Below are positions 1 to 12,800 of a stretch of 35,237 nucleotides of DNA, piece by piece. The position numbers and the translations under genes were made by a program. The notes under the pieces are model-generated. The model saw nothing but the letters and a program-made list of their open reading frames with translations. It had not been told where the DNA came from and ran no database searches. The DNA is from Octopus sinensis (lineage: Eukaryota): assembly GCF_006345805.1 (NCBI RefSeq), contig NW_021829881.1:1-35237 (forward strand), given 5' to 3'. Position 1 is the first letter of the stretch. Each line of letters starts with the position of its first letter.

Positions 1-148
1 GTTTTTGAGCAAAACATTTCATTTCACCTCCCGCCAGTCCACTCAGCTGGTAAAAATTAGTAATCCTGCAACAGACCGGCGTTCCATCCGGTGGGGAATA
101 CACTCGCTACAAGAACCGGGAAACCGACCCTATGAATCTATATGACTT
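1..148 (+). mobile_element. 3' part of a tRNA-derived SINE (head lies outside the window)
   Basis: ttgagcaaaacatttcatttcac..ccagtccactcagctgg matches the SINE bodies at 22715-22760. cctgcaacagaccggcgttccatccggtgggg..aaccgggaaaccgaccc matches the 3' half of the SINE at 20527-20830. Confidence 0.7.
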
Positions 149-459
149 AGCTTAACTACGTGGAGAGGAACCAACAAGATTTAATTTCTCGTTGCAATTA
201 TTTCAGAGATTTCCTGCGAGCTGTACCGATAATCCTTAATCATCAGTGGTCAGGTTTCTTTAAGCAAATAGCCCAGCCTTGCCACTAATCCACGAAATTA
301 AAACGCCAGAGTGAAGTAGGTCTTCCGGCGCAGATCAGTCTCATTATTACTTGGCTCCTGCGAAAGTTCTGTCTCAAATTTCCTGAAACTACAAACTGAC
401 AGCGGATGTTTTATTGCAGCGGTCGAGGAAAATACGCACGTGTACAAAAATCAAATACC

Positions 460-868
460 TATTTCTTTATTACCCACAAGGGGCTAAACATAGAGGGGAC
501 AAACAAGGACAGACATAGGTATTAAGTCGATTACATCGACCCCAGAGCGTAACTGGTACTTAATTTATCGACCCCGAAAGGATGAAAGGCAAAGTCGACC
601 TCGGCGGAATTTGAACTCAGAACGTAGCGGCAGACGAAATACCTATTTCTTTATTACCCACAAGGGGCTAAACACAGAGGAACAAACAAAGACAGACATA
701 GGTATTAAGTCGATTACATCGACCCCAGAGCGTAACTGGTACTTAATTTATCGACCCCGAAAGGATGAAAGGCAAAGTCGACCTCGGCGGAATTTGAACT
801 CAGAACGTAGCGGCAGACGAAATACCGCTAGGCATTTCGCACAGCGCGCTAACGTTTCCGCCAGCTCG
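460..868 (-). mobile_element. SINE family B, head-to-tail partial dimer with 15-bp target-site duplication
   Basis: Two ~185-bp near-identical units (460-644, 645-~830) plus the head. Core on the minus strand is gcctttcatcctttcggggtcgataaattaagtaccag. Flanked by caaaaatcaaatacc at 445-459 and 869-883. Confidence 0.85.
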
Positions 869-914
869 CAAAAATCAAATACCATCTCTTCCGTAAGTTT
901 CCTCAAACATGAAA

Positions 915-1300
915 GCACACGGAAGGAGTAGTATCGGAAGCTGTTGCGATTCTCCGATCGACCACAGTACGGGGCTGAAACTTTATTTTATCGATTCTCA
1001 ACGGAGGAAAGGCAAAGCTGACCTCAACAGTATTAGATATCTCAGCGCAGAGAGACGAAACAAATTCCGCGCGGTATTTTATCAGATGCTGACCGACAGA
1101 AATCCGATAGAATAGAATTAGTTGAGCCGTTAGAATGTCGGACAATATATGTTGCGATAATTGGTCCGGCTCTTTAGATCCCTCCCAGGTCAACTTTAAC
1201 CTCTCAGGAGTCGACAAAATAAGGCATCAGCCGTGTACAGGATTCGACGGTATTGGCGAATCTCCTCCCTAAAAATATGCTGGCCATGAGCCTAAATTAC
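915..1300. mobile_element. Two old, diverged SINE family B copies in opposite orientation
   Basis: Degenerate matches to the family B core: aaaggcaaagctgacctc (minus, ~1008-1025) and ggtcaactttaacctctcaggagtcgacaaaataag (plus, ~1188-1223). Confidence 0.55.
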
Positions 1301-1301
1301 T

Positions 1302-1378
1302 ATTGTTGTTGCTATTATTACTGTTGTTGTTTATATTATTATTATAATTATTATCATTATTATTATTATTATTATTAT

Positions 1379-1414
<36 letters not shown>

Positions 1415-1490
1415 CATCAGCCGCACCAGCAGCAGCAGCAGTGGTGGTGGTGGTGGCGTCGGCGTTGTTGGCGTTGGCAACAGCAGCAGC

Positions 1491-1537
<47 letters not shown>

Positions 1538-1652
1538 CAGCAGCAGCAGCAGCGGCGGTGGTGGTGGTGGCGGTGGTGGCGGTGGTGGCGTCGGCGTTGT
1601 TGGCGGTGGCAGCAGTAGCAGCACTAGTAGTAGTTGTTGTAGTAGTAGTAGT
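1302..1652. repeat. Compound trinucleotide microsatellite (TAT/TAG/CAG/GGT) with internal duplication
   Basis: Directly visible; explains ORFs 1331-1768 and 1441-1689. Confidence 0.95.
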
Positions 1653-2544
1653 ATTCGTGTTACTTTGTTATGAACTTCACCCTTTGTAATATGATAAGCA
1701 TACGTACTCCCCACGAGTACCGAGGTCGATGAAAACAGTTCTCGGTGCTCCAGCATGGCCGCAGTCAAATAACCGAAACAAGTAGAAGAGTAAAGAGAGA
1801 GTAAGAAAGGCTACGAATCCACTACACCTGTCAGGGATGGCGCTCTAGAAAGTCACGAATCGATTACACGATTCAGCTGCTCACTTTTACCTTTTTGATT
1901 AAGCGGGAGCGTCATCTCCTAATGTAGGAAGCATGTCAATATGAATGACTTTGCGGACAAAATCCTTTCTCAGCAAATTTTGTCCATTTACAAGAGAAGT
2001 CGCTACTTGTTACTTTTGAAGTGTTCTTTGAATAGTGTAATATCAGTTTACCTAGAAACAATTCAGTTATTAATAAAAACAAAAGAGTTGAAATTGAAGC
2101 ATGTAACATTTCACAGCTCTAGAATCACTCATTCATAGACAGCCTACGAGCTTTTCAGCCCACATTCGTACTTCCCCGAGCACTTCTCCTTGAAGCGGGA
2201 TCATAGATTGGCTATTATTATTCTGGTCGATGCTCCAGCAAGGTTACAAATAATCCACAGCCCGAAAAGCCATTAAAAGACAATCTCCTTATTTCTATTG
2301 AAGTGCGAAACACTGAAATTTTTATCAGATATATCAAAATATTTCGTTTGAATTCTCTACTCTCTTTGGCCGTCTCAACCAATTTTATGTATGGTACGTT
2401 TATTTCTAGCTTTAAAAGAAACTCGTGTCAGCCCGTGTCAACTGGGTATATATCACCTTGGTAACGGAAGTCGCAAAGAATAATCCCAAATTCTCGGGGA
2501 CTTTAATTGCAGTCACACATCAGCAAACACACAAATACACGCAA

Positions 2545-2606
2545 ACGTGTACACACACACTCACACACACACATGCATACGAAACCGACCTATACACACA
2601 TTTATA

Positions 2607-2655
<49 letters not shown>

Positions 2656-2880
2656 GTGGTGTTGTGTATGTGGGTGTGTATTTATATATGTATCTATCCA
2701 CATATATATACACACACAACATACATACACATATTCACAGAATATTTTGTGTATTTATGTGTGCAAGTGTGTGCATATATATGTATATTTGTAGCATGTA
2801 TGTGTGCGTGTACGTGTGCTTGAATTTGTGTTTATTTATATGCGTACGTGCATACATACATACGCGCGCGCGAGCGCGCC
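2545..2880. repeat. (CA)/(TA)/(TG) low-complexity tract
   Basis: Directly visible dinucleotide repeats. Confidence 0.9.
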
Positions 2881-4069
2881 ACTGTGATGAATAAACAGAT
2901 TCGTTAGATCGTAGGACAACATACCTAGCTAGCATTTGTTACCATTTTCTACATTTTGAGTTCAAATCCTGCCGAGGTCAAATTTAACTTTTCTCATATT
3001 AGAGTCTGTAAAATAGTTACCAGTCAAAGGACGTTGATTGGTGATCGTATGTCTTTTGATATCTTTAGTGTCCTGCAATATTATGACATTAATAACTGGC
3101 CACACTCCATCTGTCTGTACTGTGGGAAACGGATCTGTTCCTTATGTAGTGTGGTTCTCCGTCCAAGTGCCATATTTGTCTGTCCTATATAGTTATGTCT
3201 ACAACCTGAACAAGTTATAACATACATTAAATTCCCGGAAGCACAAGTGAAGCTGGTTTTAATTGTGAAGTTTTCCCCCTTGTTTGAATAGGAATTCCGA
3301 GACTTCCAGTAGGTTTAAATAAAGAAAATCTATATATCGGAAAATACAGAACACGCCTAAGTATGAACGCATAACTAGCTTTGATCTCAGAATATATTTT
3401 AATTCATGATCATTTAGCCATCACTGTACATATTTCATCTCACTACTTCAGCTTTTGAGTTTTTGTATATTCATTTATCCTCTCCCCAAAAATATAATAA
3501 TGATCATCAAATCCATCCCCTTAGATTTTTCTACTTGTTAATACATTAACAGACTCACAAACTTCCACACACATGGACCAAAATCTTCTCAAGAAAATAC
3601 GAAATTACAACTTCAATGTCAAGATTAGCGAAAGCGAAACCGGTTGACATACACACTCTTTCATATATAAAACATTCTTTACGCGCGTCAGCGAACAAGT
3701 CACATGGTCACATTGAATATTCTTGTTTCCACAGTAAACATTTGCCCTCAAATATATTGAGTTAATGCTAAGGAAGAGAGAATCCAATAGGTTTGCCAAA
3801 CGTACAATACACACACACACACACACATACATACATACACCCACGCACAGACATATATAAAGCACAACAAATCAGGAAACTTCATAACATATTTAGTTAC
3901 TCCATCTTATGCGAATTTCATTAACAATGAAAAATATCAGATTTATAACAAAAATCTTAAAGCAGATTGCATTGTCAAATCTTCAGAGATTGCATGACTC
4001 TCATTTGTAATCGTTAGTTTTCATACAGGACTGGTGACACCGTTATTTTATGGACTATTACAACAGTTA

Positions 4070-4201
4070 CATGTATATATATATAAACGAACACGCAATC
4101 CAACGAGAAAAGTATAAATCCATCCATACATACATACAATATATATATATACATACATATATATATGTATATATATATATATATATATACATATATATAA
4201 T

Positions 4202-4267
<66 letters not shown>

Positions 4268-4330
4268 TTTAATATATATATATATGTATATATATATATA
4301 GTGTGTGTGTGTGTGTGTGTTGTGTGTGTG
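4070..4330. repeat. (TA)n-(TG)n microsatellite
   Basis: Directly visible. Confidence 0.95.
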
Positions 4331-4659
4331 GAGGAATGGATGGATATATACATTTTTGCTGGATTGCGTGTTCGTTCTCTTTTTGCCATCTATGATTTTA
4401 TTTTTGATCTTCTATATAAACAAAGGTATTTCCTTCGTCTGGCTGCTTTTCTTTCTACAAAACGAGAAGTTACATTGCGGAACTGTTATTTTTAACGAGT
4501 TGTATTTATTTATCACCCGACGAGATACATCTGCACCACCGGATGCTCCTGAACCATTTGTTCAATGTCCCATCCATGAGGGATCGATGCTAGATGTGTG
4601 GAAACAATCGTCGTGATTAATAATAAATTATCGTATACTCCTTCTTCCGGCTTTCATTT

Positions 4660-4696
4660 ACCATATACATACATACTATACATACCTACAACACAC

Positions 4697-4729
<33 letters not shown>

Positions 4730-4859
4730 ATATATATATATATGCACATGTATATATCCCATACACACACACACACACATATATATATATACATATAATA
4801 TATATGTGTATATATATATATATAATATATATATATATATGTGTGTGTATATATATATA

Positions 4860-4904
<45 letters not shown>

Positions 4905-5110
4905 TACTTGTATATATGCATGTGCAAAATATATATATATATGTATATAAAGTTAATCCAAACAAGAAAACACAGAAAAAAAGAGAAACGTATATGTATA
5001 TATGTGTGTAAGTTTCTATATATGCAATTGTGCGCATCTGTGTGAATGTCAGCATACAAACATACACACACATACACACATACATACACACACATATGCG
5101 GTACACATAT
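4660..5110. repeat. (TA)n/(CA)n microsatellite tract
   Basis: Directly visible. Confidence 0.9.
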
Positions 5111-5514
5111 GCGGTGTACCGAATTAAGGAAGTGTTACGTAAATCTGCCGTCCCTGTGTCAGGTGATTCTATGTAATTAATTAATATAAAACAGTTGCTT
5201 TTATATAAATGTGCGTGTATATGTTTGTCTCTTTCATGATGGGTACATACGCAGTCTAATATATCTATATATGCTTTTTAGCCCTTATTACGTTTATATG
5301 TGTGTGTGTATGCGCGCGCAGAGACTTGTATAAGAATGTCAAGTATGTGTCCATGTGTCCATACGTGTTATTTGAATTTATGTATGTATATATGTATGTC
5401 TGTGGATGTCTGTCTGCTTTAGTGTAGAATTATGTATACATGTTATTAGACACTCTGAACATATCAAACGCATCATTTCCTATTTCCGATAAACAAGAAA
5501 AACAAAAAACAAAA

Positions 5515-5545
5515 ACAATAATAATAATAATAATAATAAATAATA

Positions 5546-5585
<40 letters not shown>

Positions 5586-5791
5586 ATGATGATGATGATG
5601 ATGATGATGATAATAAAATAATAATAATAATAATAATATAATAATAATAATAAAATAATAATAATAATATAATAATGAAAATAATAAAGAATTCCGGATT
5701 TAACGACATAAAAGCGGATATACCCTCTTTCTGAATTAATACGTTTTACATACATCTATCTACGCATATTTACGAGTTCCCATATATAAGC

Positions 5792-5856
<65 letters not shown>

Positions 5857-6027
5857 GTAGTGTGTGTGTGTGATATGTATATATATATATACATATATAT
5901 ATAAACACAAATTTACAAACGTTAATATATATAAATACCCATGTACACTTGCATACATAGAAATATGCATACATGTATATATGTATGCATATATGTGTGT
6001 TCATACATACATATATATATATATATA

Positions 6028-6085
<58 letters not shown>

Positions 6086-6143
6086 TATATATGCATGCAT
6101 GTATTTCTGTGTGTATATATTACACATACACGCGGGCGCTCAT

Positions 6144-6185
<42 letters not shown>
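5515..6185. repeat. (TAA)n, (GAT)n, (TG)n, (TA)n, (CA)n microsatellite cluster
   Basis: Directly visible. Confidence 0.9.
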
Positions 6186-6192
<7 letters not shown>

Positions 6193-6836
6193 TGCTTTTG
6201 GTAAAAGAAAATACAGGGACAGCAGTTATGATTTTACTCAACCTATTCCTCTTCTCAGATTCACACACTTATTGCAGCGGTCCTTCAGTTTTTCTAAGCC
6301 CAGTAAAAGAACTTGAAAGGTTGGGTGTCCAATCAGGCCTTTCGCAATAACCTAAAAGCCAAGAACTATTCAGCAACTACTCGTACATATATGTATTTTC
6401 TCACACTCACACAGAAACATTGACCTGTATGTATATATGTTTGCAGGCCATAATGCACTGTATAGTATATCTCTCTGTATGTATACGCGTATTGCGGGTT
6501 TGCAAATGTGTATTACGCACATTTTGAAATCCATTTAACTATGCAAACAGAAGTGTCATATTTTTTTTCCTCTCAAAATAGCAGACACTAAATTACTATA
6601 CCATTCTGAGAAATAATTTAGCAACCAGCAACGTATCACCAACGCCGCCGCCTCTCTACACACCGCCACCACGAGATCACCATCATTACAGACATAATCC
6701 TACGCTATGATAAACTAACAGTTAACTCTGTTACAGTAATCCTGCAACGTAATAAACCATTCAAGTAGCCCACCAAAAGCATTAGATCTATATTTCGATC
6801 ATATGTACATATACGCACACATAATGCATACACAAT

Positions 6837-6877
<41 letters not shown>

Positions 6878-6878
<1 letters not shown>

Positions 6879-7292
6879 GGGGCAGGAGTGGCTGTGTGGT
6901 GAGTAGCTTGCTTACCAACCACATGGTACCGGTTTCAGTCCCACTGCGTGTCACATTGGGCAACTGTTTTCTACTATAGCCTCGGACCTACAAAAGCCTT
7001 GTGAGTGGATTTGGTAGACGGAAACTGAAAGAAGCCCGTCGTATGTGTGTATATATATATATATATCTATGTGTGTGTTGGTGTTTGTGAGCCTGTTTTT
7101 GTCCCCCCACCATTACTTGACAACCGATGTTGGCGTGTCTACGTCCATGTGACCTAGCGGTTCGTCAAAAGGAGACAGATCAAATAAGTACCAGGCTTAC
7201 AAAGAATACGTCCTGGGGTCGATTCGTTTGATTAAAGGCGGTACTCCGCATGGCTGCAGTCAAATGACTGAACAAAAGAATAGAATAGAAGA
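6878..7292 (+). mobile_element. Full-length SINE family A (tRNA-like head, internal TA/TG tract)
   Basis: A-box-like gtggctgtgtggt, B-box-like ggtttcagtccc, body gagtggatttggtagacggaaactgaaagaagcccgtcg, tail gcatggctgcagtcaaatgactgaa. Multiple copies in the window. Confidence 0.85.
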
Positions 7293-7300
7293 ATATATAT

Positions 7301-7334
<34 letters not shown>

Positions 7335-7528
7335 ATATCCATTATATAAAAGGGCTTAGTAAAATAAATTACTTTGCCGCATACTGAACTCATTAGAAAT
7401 AGCAGCTAAAAAATTTTTTAAAACTATTTCTAATACTTAAAGAAACCTCTCTCATATAGTGCTTGCTCAATTCAACTCACGCAAATATGGGGGTTAGAGA
7501 CATTAAAAAATCAAGTGCAAAGGTTATT

Positions 7529-7580
7529 TGAGAACGTACGTTTCAAGATTAGTCAACACGACACTTCTATCATCAGCTCA
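7529..7580 (-). ncRNA. Type I hammerhead ribozyme motif (551-bp family, copy 1)
   Basis: Reverse complement reads tgag-CTGATGA-tagaagtgtcgtgttgactaatctt-GAAA-cgtacg-TT-ctca. Confidence 0.8.
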
Positions 7581-8080
7581 GAACTCCCTGGTTTGGATTT
7601 GAAAACACTGAAGTAGGAGCATACCCTTTCGGCCTCCTCTCGCTTCCGAAGATCTACTCGCAACTAACAGTGCCAACAAACTCAAAAATGCAAGCGAAGA
7701 ATTTCTGCTCTCCCCTTCCACAGCGTGGGTTAAAATCAGCAAACACTATGCTGTTTCGGTAAAATCCGCGGCATTATATAGAGAGAGATGAATATAATTT
7801 CAACAATTGAGGGTAAAATTAATTAATTAATCAATTTCACCAAGTGTTCAGTATTGCAAAGGGACCATTTAAGGCGAATTCAAATTATTACATTATATAA
7901 AAGGGCTTAGTAAAATAAATTACTTTGCCGCATACTGAACTCATTAGAAATAGCAGCTAAAAAAACTTTTTTAAAACTATTTCTAATACTTAAAGAAAAC
8001 CTCTCTCATATAGTGCTTGCTCAATTCAACTCACGCAAATATGGGGGTAGAGACATTAAAAAATCAAGTGCAAAGGTATT

Positions 8081-8132
8081 TGGAAACGTACGTTTCAAGA
8101 TTAGTCAACACGACACTTCTATCATCAGCTCA
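8081..8132 (-). ncRNA. Type I hammerhead ribozyme motif (551-bp family, copy 2; stem I 3' arm altered)
   Basis: Same core as copy 1, but the 3' arm reads tcca instead of ctca. Confidence 0.65.
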
Positions 8133-8641
8133 GAACTCCCTGGTTTGGATTTGAAAACACTGAAAGTAGGAGCATACCCTTTCGGCCTCCTCTCGGCTTC
8201 CGAAGATCTACTCGCAACTAACAGTGCCAACAAACTCAAAAATGCAAGCGAAGAATTTCTGCTCTCCCCTTTCCACCAGCGTGGGTTAAAATCAAAGTAA
8301 TTTATTTTAATCTAAGCCCTTTTATATAATGTAATAATTGAATTCGTTAAATGGTCCCTTTGCATACTGAACACTTGGTGAAATTGATTAATTAATTAAT
8401 TTTACCCTCAATTGTTGAATTATAATTCATCTCTCTCTATATAATGCCGCGGATTTTACCGAAAAAAGCATAGTGTTTGCTGATTTAACCCACGCTGGTG
8501 GAAAGGGGAGAGCAGAAATTCTTCGCTTGCATTTTTGAGTTTGTTGGCACTGTTAGTTGCGAGGTAGTAGATCTTCGGAAGCGAGAGGAGGCCGAAAGGG
8601 TATGCTCCTACTTCAGTGTTTTCAAATCCAAACCAGGAGTC

Positions 8642-8693
8642 TGAGCTGATGATAGAAGTGTCGTGTTGACTAATCTTGAAACGTACGTTCTCA
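8642..8693 (+). ncRNA. Type I hammerhead ribozyme motif (551-bp family, copy 3)
   Basis: Stem I tgag/ctca; CTGATGA 8646-8652; stem II aga..tct with gtc/gac; GAAA 8678-8681; palindromic stem III ACGTACGT; predicted cleavage after GUU at 8689. Confidence 0.8.
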
Positions 8694-9199
8694 AATAACC
8701 TTTGCACTTGATTTTTTATGTCTCTACCCCATATTTGCGTGAGTTGGAATGAGGCAAGCACTATAGAGGAGGGTTTTCTTTAAGTATTAGAAATAGTTTT
8801 AAAAAAGTTTTTTTAGCTGCTGCTATTTCTAATGAGTTCAGTATGCGGCAAAGTAATTTATTTTACTAAGCCCTTTTATATAATGTAATAATTTGAATTC
8901 GCCTAAATGGTCCCTTTGCATACTGAACACTTGGTGAAATTGATTAATTAATTAATTACCCTCATTGTTGTGTGAAATTATATATATATAGATATAATAT
9001 ATAGAATTCGTTGAATTCTTCCTCTAGAGAATTTCCCTTGTAGTTTGATCGTTGATGATCTCTTTCCAGCATTCGGCCGGCTACCTAGCAGGCCAGCCCT
9101 GCCTATATATATATATAAACACACGCACACACACACATATATGCATATATACATAAATATATATACACACACACATATATATATATATGTATGTATATA

Positions 9200-9345
9200 G
9201 TGAGAATTTAGAAAAAAAAAGCAAAAGACGAAGACGGGTATGTAAACAACAAACATGTATTAGTTTAATGCTCGGCAAGTGAGAAAGTCTTTTACATTTT
9301 GAGCCTATGCTCTTCGACGGAAAGGAACACAGAAATAAACATACT
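9200..9345 (-). mobile_element. Short interspersed fragment in (TA)n, possibly a Penelope pLTR remnant
   Basis: Non-microsatellite island between TA tracts. Minus strand has a degenerate hammerhead-like string tcgaaga-gcataggctc-aaaa-tgta. Confidence 0.35.
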
Positions 9346-9644
9346 AACCTTGCCCTTCATTTTAACACTAATTCTGGAGTTTCTACGCTCATGTGGATTT
9401 TATATATATATATATATATATAATATATATATATATCACGGTTCTTTATTACAGACTAATATCTGTGACTAGCTGCCTTGTTTAAGTTTGTTTACAACGA
9501 ATATACAACACTTGTTGCTGCTGTTGAGTTATTTATGCCTCTCTGCATAAATGGCCAAATGTTGTGTTATCAGCAATGCTTTTCTTTTTACTTCTGTTTA
9601 AGAAATTGGAATAAAAAACAAAGCAAAGAAAAAATGATATTATC

Positions 9645-10190
9645 AGCCATGGCTGTGTGGTTCAAAAGCTTGCTTTGCAACCATGTGGTTTCGGGTTCAG
9701 TCCCTCTGCACAACACCTTAGGCAAGTATATTCCACTTTTATAGCCCTGGGCTGGCTAATGCTTGAGAATGAATTTGGTAGACGGAAACTATGTGGAAGC
9801 CCGTCGTTTATATGTGGCTGTGCGGTAAGGAGCTTGCTTCCCAACCACATGGTCCCGGGTTCAGTCCCATTGCGTGACACTTTGGCCAAGTGTCTTCTAT
9901 TATAACCTCGGGCTAACCAAAGCTTTGTGAGTGGATTTCGTAGACGGAAACTGAAAGAAGCCCGTCGCATTATATGTGTGTGTGTGTCTTCTGTCTGCAT
10001 CTGTTCCGTCATCACCGGTGTCGGTGTGTTTACGTCCCCATAACTTAGTGTTTCGGCAAAAAGGAAACGGTAGAACAAGTGCTAGGCTTTTTAAATATAT
10101 GTCCTGGGGTCGATTTGTTCGACTAAAACTCTTCAAGGTGGTGCTCCAGCATGGCTGCAGTCAAATGACTGAAGCAAGTAAAAAGACAAA
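9645..10190 (+). mobile_element. SINE family A: 5' half followed by a full copy
   Basis: Head/body at 9645-9808 repeated from ~9813; tail gtgctccagcatggctgcagtcaaatgactgaagcaagtaaaaaga. Confidence 0.8.
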
Positions 10191-10193
10191 TGG

Positions 10194-10196
<3 letters not shown>

Positions 10197-10225
<29 letters not shown>

Positions 10226-10386
10226 TGTGTGTGTGTGCGTGCGTATGAGTATGTGTGCGTATATGTGTGTCAGTGCGTGTGCATGCGTATGTGTGTGTGC
10301 GTGTGTGTATGTGTGCGTGTAAGTGTGTGTGTGTGCGTGTATGTGTATGTGTGTGTGCATGTGTGTATATGTGTGCATGTGTGTGT
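10197..10386. repeat. Imperfect (TG)n
   Basis: Directly visible. Confidence 0.95.
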
Positions 10387-10819
10387 AGTTTAACAAATTA
10401 CACTATTACGCAATCCAATAAATTTTAAATACAGCAAATGCTTTTTTTATTTATATTATTTCGTATTTTATTACCATTTTCGCTATGTTTACTAAAATCT
10501 TTCTCATTATTCCTGTAATTCTATTCCTGATTATGAAATTCCAGCGCCGTTTTATGAAAGACTTCTTTGTTTTCCTCGCAGTTTATCTTTTTTTTCTTTT
10601 CTATTTTTACATGTTCCTTTCACTCAAATCTGCTAACTACGCTTTTATTAGATTTTAGACATGCATTTATATAAATATATATGAACGTGTGTGTGGTGTG
10701 TGTGAATGTGTGCGTGTGCATGTGTGTTTGTACACATACACACACATACGTTCATACATTCATGTTTACAATTTATACATACATACATACAAAAATGTGT
10801 GTACATATGTGTGTATGTG

Positions 10820-10903
10820 CATATCTTATCTATCTATCTATCAACCTATCTTGTTATCTATCTATTTATCTAACTTATGCAACTACCTATCTATTTATCT
10901 ATT

Positions 10904-10951
<48 letters not shown>

Positions 10952-10978
10952 GTTTGTGTGTCAGTCTATCTATCTATA

Positions 10979-11037
<59 letters not shown>

Positions 11038-11045
11038 TTATCTGT
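10820..11045. repeat. (TCTA)n tetranucleotide microsatellite
   Basis: Directly visible. Confidence 0.95.
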
Positions 11046-11089
11046 ATGTATGTCTGTCTGGACAAGCATAATCTGTTTTCCCTTTTTAC

Positions 11090-11320
11090 ATTGACATTTC
11101 TGTGATACACGATCCCTATTGATCGGCCCCACTTTTTTTTTTCACACGATCCCTTTAGATCGAAATTCTCCACCCCCACACCACCCCCATTTTTTTTCTT
11201 TCACGATCCCTTTTGATCGGAATTCGCCCCCCTTTTCCCCCTTCTCTTCTTCCCAACTAGAAAAGCTCTACTTTGAATTTTGTACCTTCTGTGTTTAGCC
11301 CTGCGTGGCCAATAAAGAAA
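11090..11320 (+). mobile_element. Probable non-LTR retroelement 3' end ending in (ATCT)n, with three short hairpin repeats
   Basis: cacgatccct-N2-3-gatcg occurs three times (~11108, ~11145, ~11202). Tail tgtgtttagccctgcgtggccaataaagaaa resembles the SINE B tail. Confidence 0.5.
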
Positions 11321-11504
11321 TCTATCTATCTATGTATCTCGCAGGTCAAAATATACTTTAAAACTCCAATCAGAAGACATGTACGCAGTCATACATCTAT
11401 ACATGCATCTACCCATGAATACATATATACACCATCATCATCCTTCGATTGCACAACCAATCCCAACCAATCGGTATTCACAGTAGAGGTTGTACTATTC
11501 ATCC

Positions 11505-11725
11505 TTTCGATCGCTGAACACAAAAAATGACTCGCGTGACCTCCGTTCGGGTGATTTTCCTGAGTCGTGTGGGCACCAATCCGACCCATTTTCAGATGAA
11601 TGGATTAGAGTAGCGTTGACGGAAGTGTTTGGCTCAAGAACTCAACACACAGGCAAGCAGGGAATCGAAACCGTGACCTTGCGATTGTGAGAACAACGTC
11701 CTACCCATTAAGCCTCTCGCCTTCA
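11505..11725 (-). mobile_element. Diverged tRNA-head SINE
   Basis: ggctcaagaactcaacac..gggaatcgaaaccgtgaccttgcgattgtgag..ctacccattaagcctctcgcct is a reverse-strand tRNA-like head. Confidence 0.6.
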
Positions 11726-11878
11726 CATGCTAGTTAACCCATACCTGGGATCCTAACGGGTGCTACTACTCCGGGTTAGAATAGACCCGAGAACAATTGT
11801 GAATCAGAGGTGATTCCACACTCCTTAAAATCCTGCGACTTCCGATCCAGGTTCCCACTACGGGATGCAGTTGAAAGT

Positions 11879-12001
11879 CATACACATACATACATACATA
11901 CATACATACATACATACATACATACATACATACATACATACATACAAACATACATACATACATACATACATACATACATACATACATACATACATACATA
12001 C
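11879..12001. repeat. (CATA)n microsatellite
   Basis: Directly visible. Confidence 0.95.
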
Positions 12002-12519
12002 AGAGGCATTCATCTCGTCATACACACACATCCCAATAAATAATACATAACAATGGATAGTAAGAATTTATTACTGCTATATAAGCATTATTTCTATCTT
12101 TATCTTCAAGTAAACTTGAGTGAAGACGAGTACCAACTAACTACTGGTGCAACCCTCTCCCATTCTCATGCTGCGTGTTCCACAGGGTCAAGGATGGGAA
12201 GACCAAGAGAGCGTCTGTCTGCTACGGAGGAGCTCAAAACAGAGCGAAATCACGTGATCTGCAGCTCCGACAGTCGTAGCAGCAGGTTCTTCTCTGTTAG
12301 CGATATAAATACTAGTACTTTTATGTACCACGAGTTCATTATAAGAGGTTTTCTGAAGGTAAACAACACTGTATTATGTGTTCTAATACAACATCCAATT
12401 GAGTTGGAGATAAAAATTGCTTTTCAGTTTAATAGGCTTCTTTCGTTATGTGTGTGTGAGTGCACGTGTGTGAGAGCGCGCGTGTGTGTGTAATATGTAT
12501 GTATGCATGTTGTATTTAA

Positions 12520-12621
12520 TGTGTGTGTATGTATGTATGTATGTAGGTATGTATGTATGTGTGCATGCATGTATGTATATATGTACACTTACGTAGATAT
12601 ATATATATTATATATAATATC

Positions 12622-12653
<32 letters not shown>

Positions 12654-12697
12654 CTTTACTACCTACGAGGTAGATATACATATATATATATATATAT

Positions 12698-12750
<53 letters not shown>

Positions 12751-12800
12751 ATATATATATATATATATAATATATATATATATATACTTATACACATACT
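12520..12800. repeat. (TATG)n/(TA)n microsatellite
   Basis: Directly visible. Confidence 0.9.

Larger units (their letters stand above)
7340..8970. mobile_element. Non-coding ~551-bp tandem repeat element with internal inversion and one hammerhead per unit (retrozyme / Penelope pLTR-like)
   Basis: Unit 1 at 7340-7890 and partial unit 2 at 7891-8294. Reverse-complement copy at 8293-8848 plus a partial at 8849-8970. (TA)n on both flanks; no credible ORF. Confidence 0.8.

Noticed and set aside
190-250. Minus-strand CTGATGA...GAAA
   Set aside because: No stem I closure or valid stem III/UH found.
4490-4616. Possible coding exon (RRDTSAPPDAPEPFVQCPIHEG...)
   Set aside because: No recognisable homology or convincing splice sites from sequence alone.
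8013-8761. ORFs 8013-8300 and 8456-8761 in the 551-bp repeat
   Set aside because: Frames differ between copies because of indels, they are antisense to the hammerhead strand, and they have no recognisable motif.
9289-9325. Hammerhead-like string tcgaaga-gcataggctc-aaaa
   Set aside because: Several core positions deviate; at best an inactive remnant, so not called as a ribozyme.
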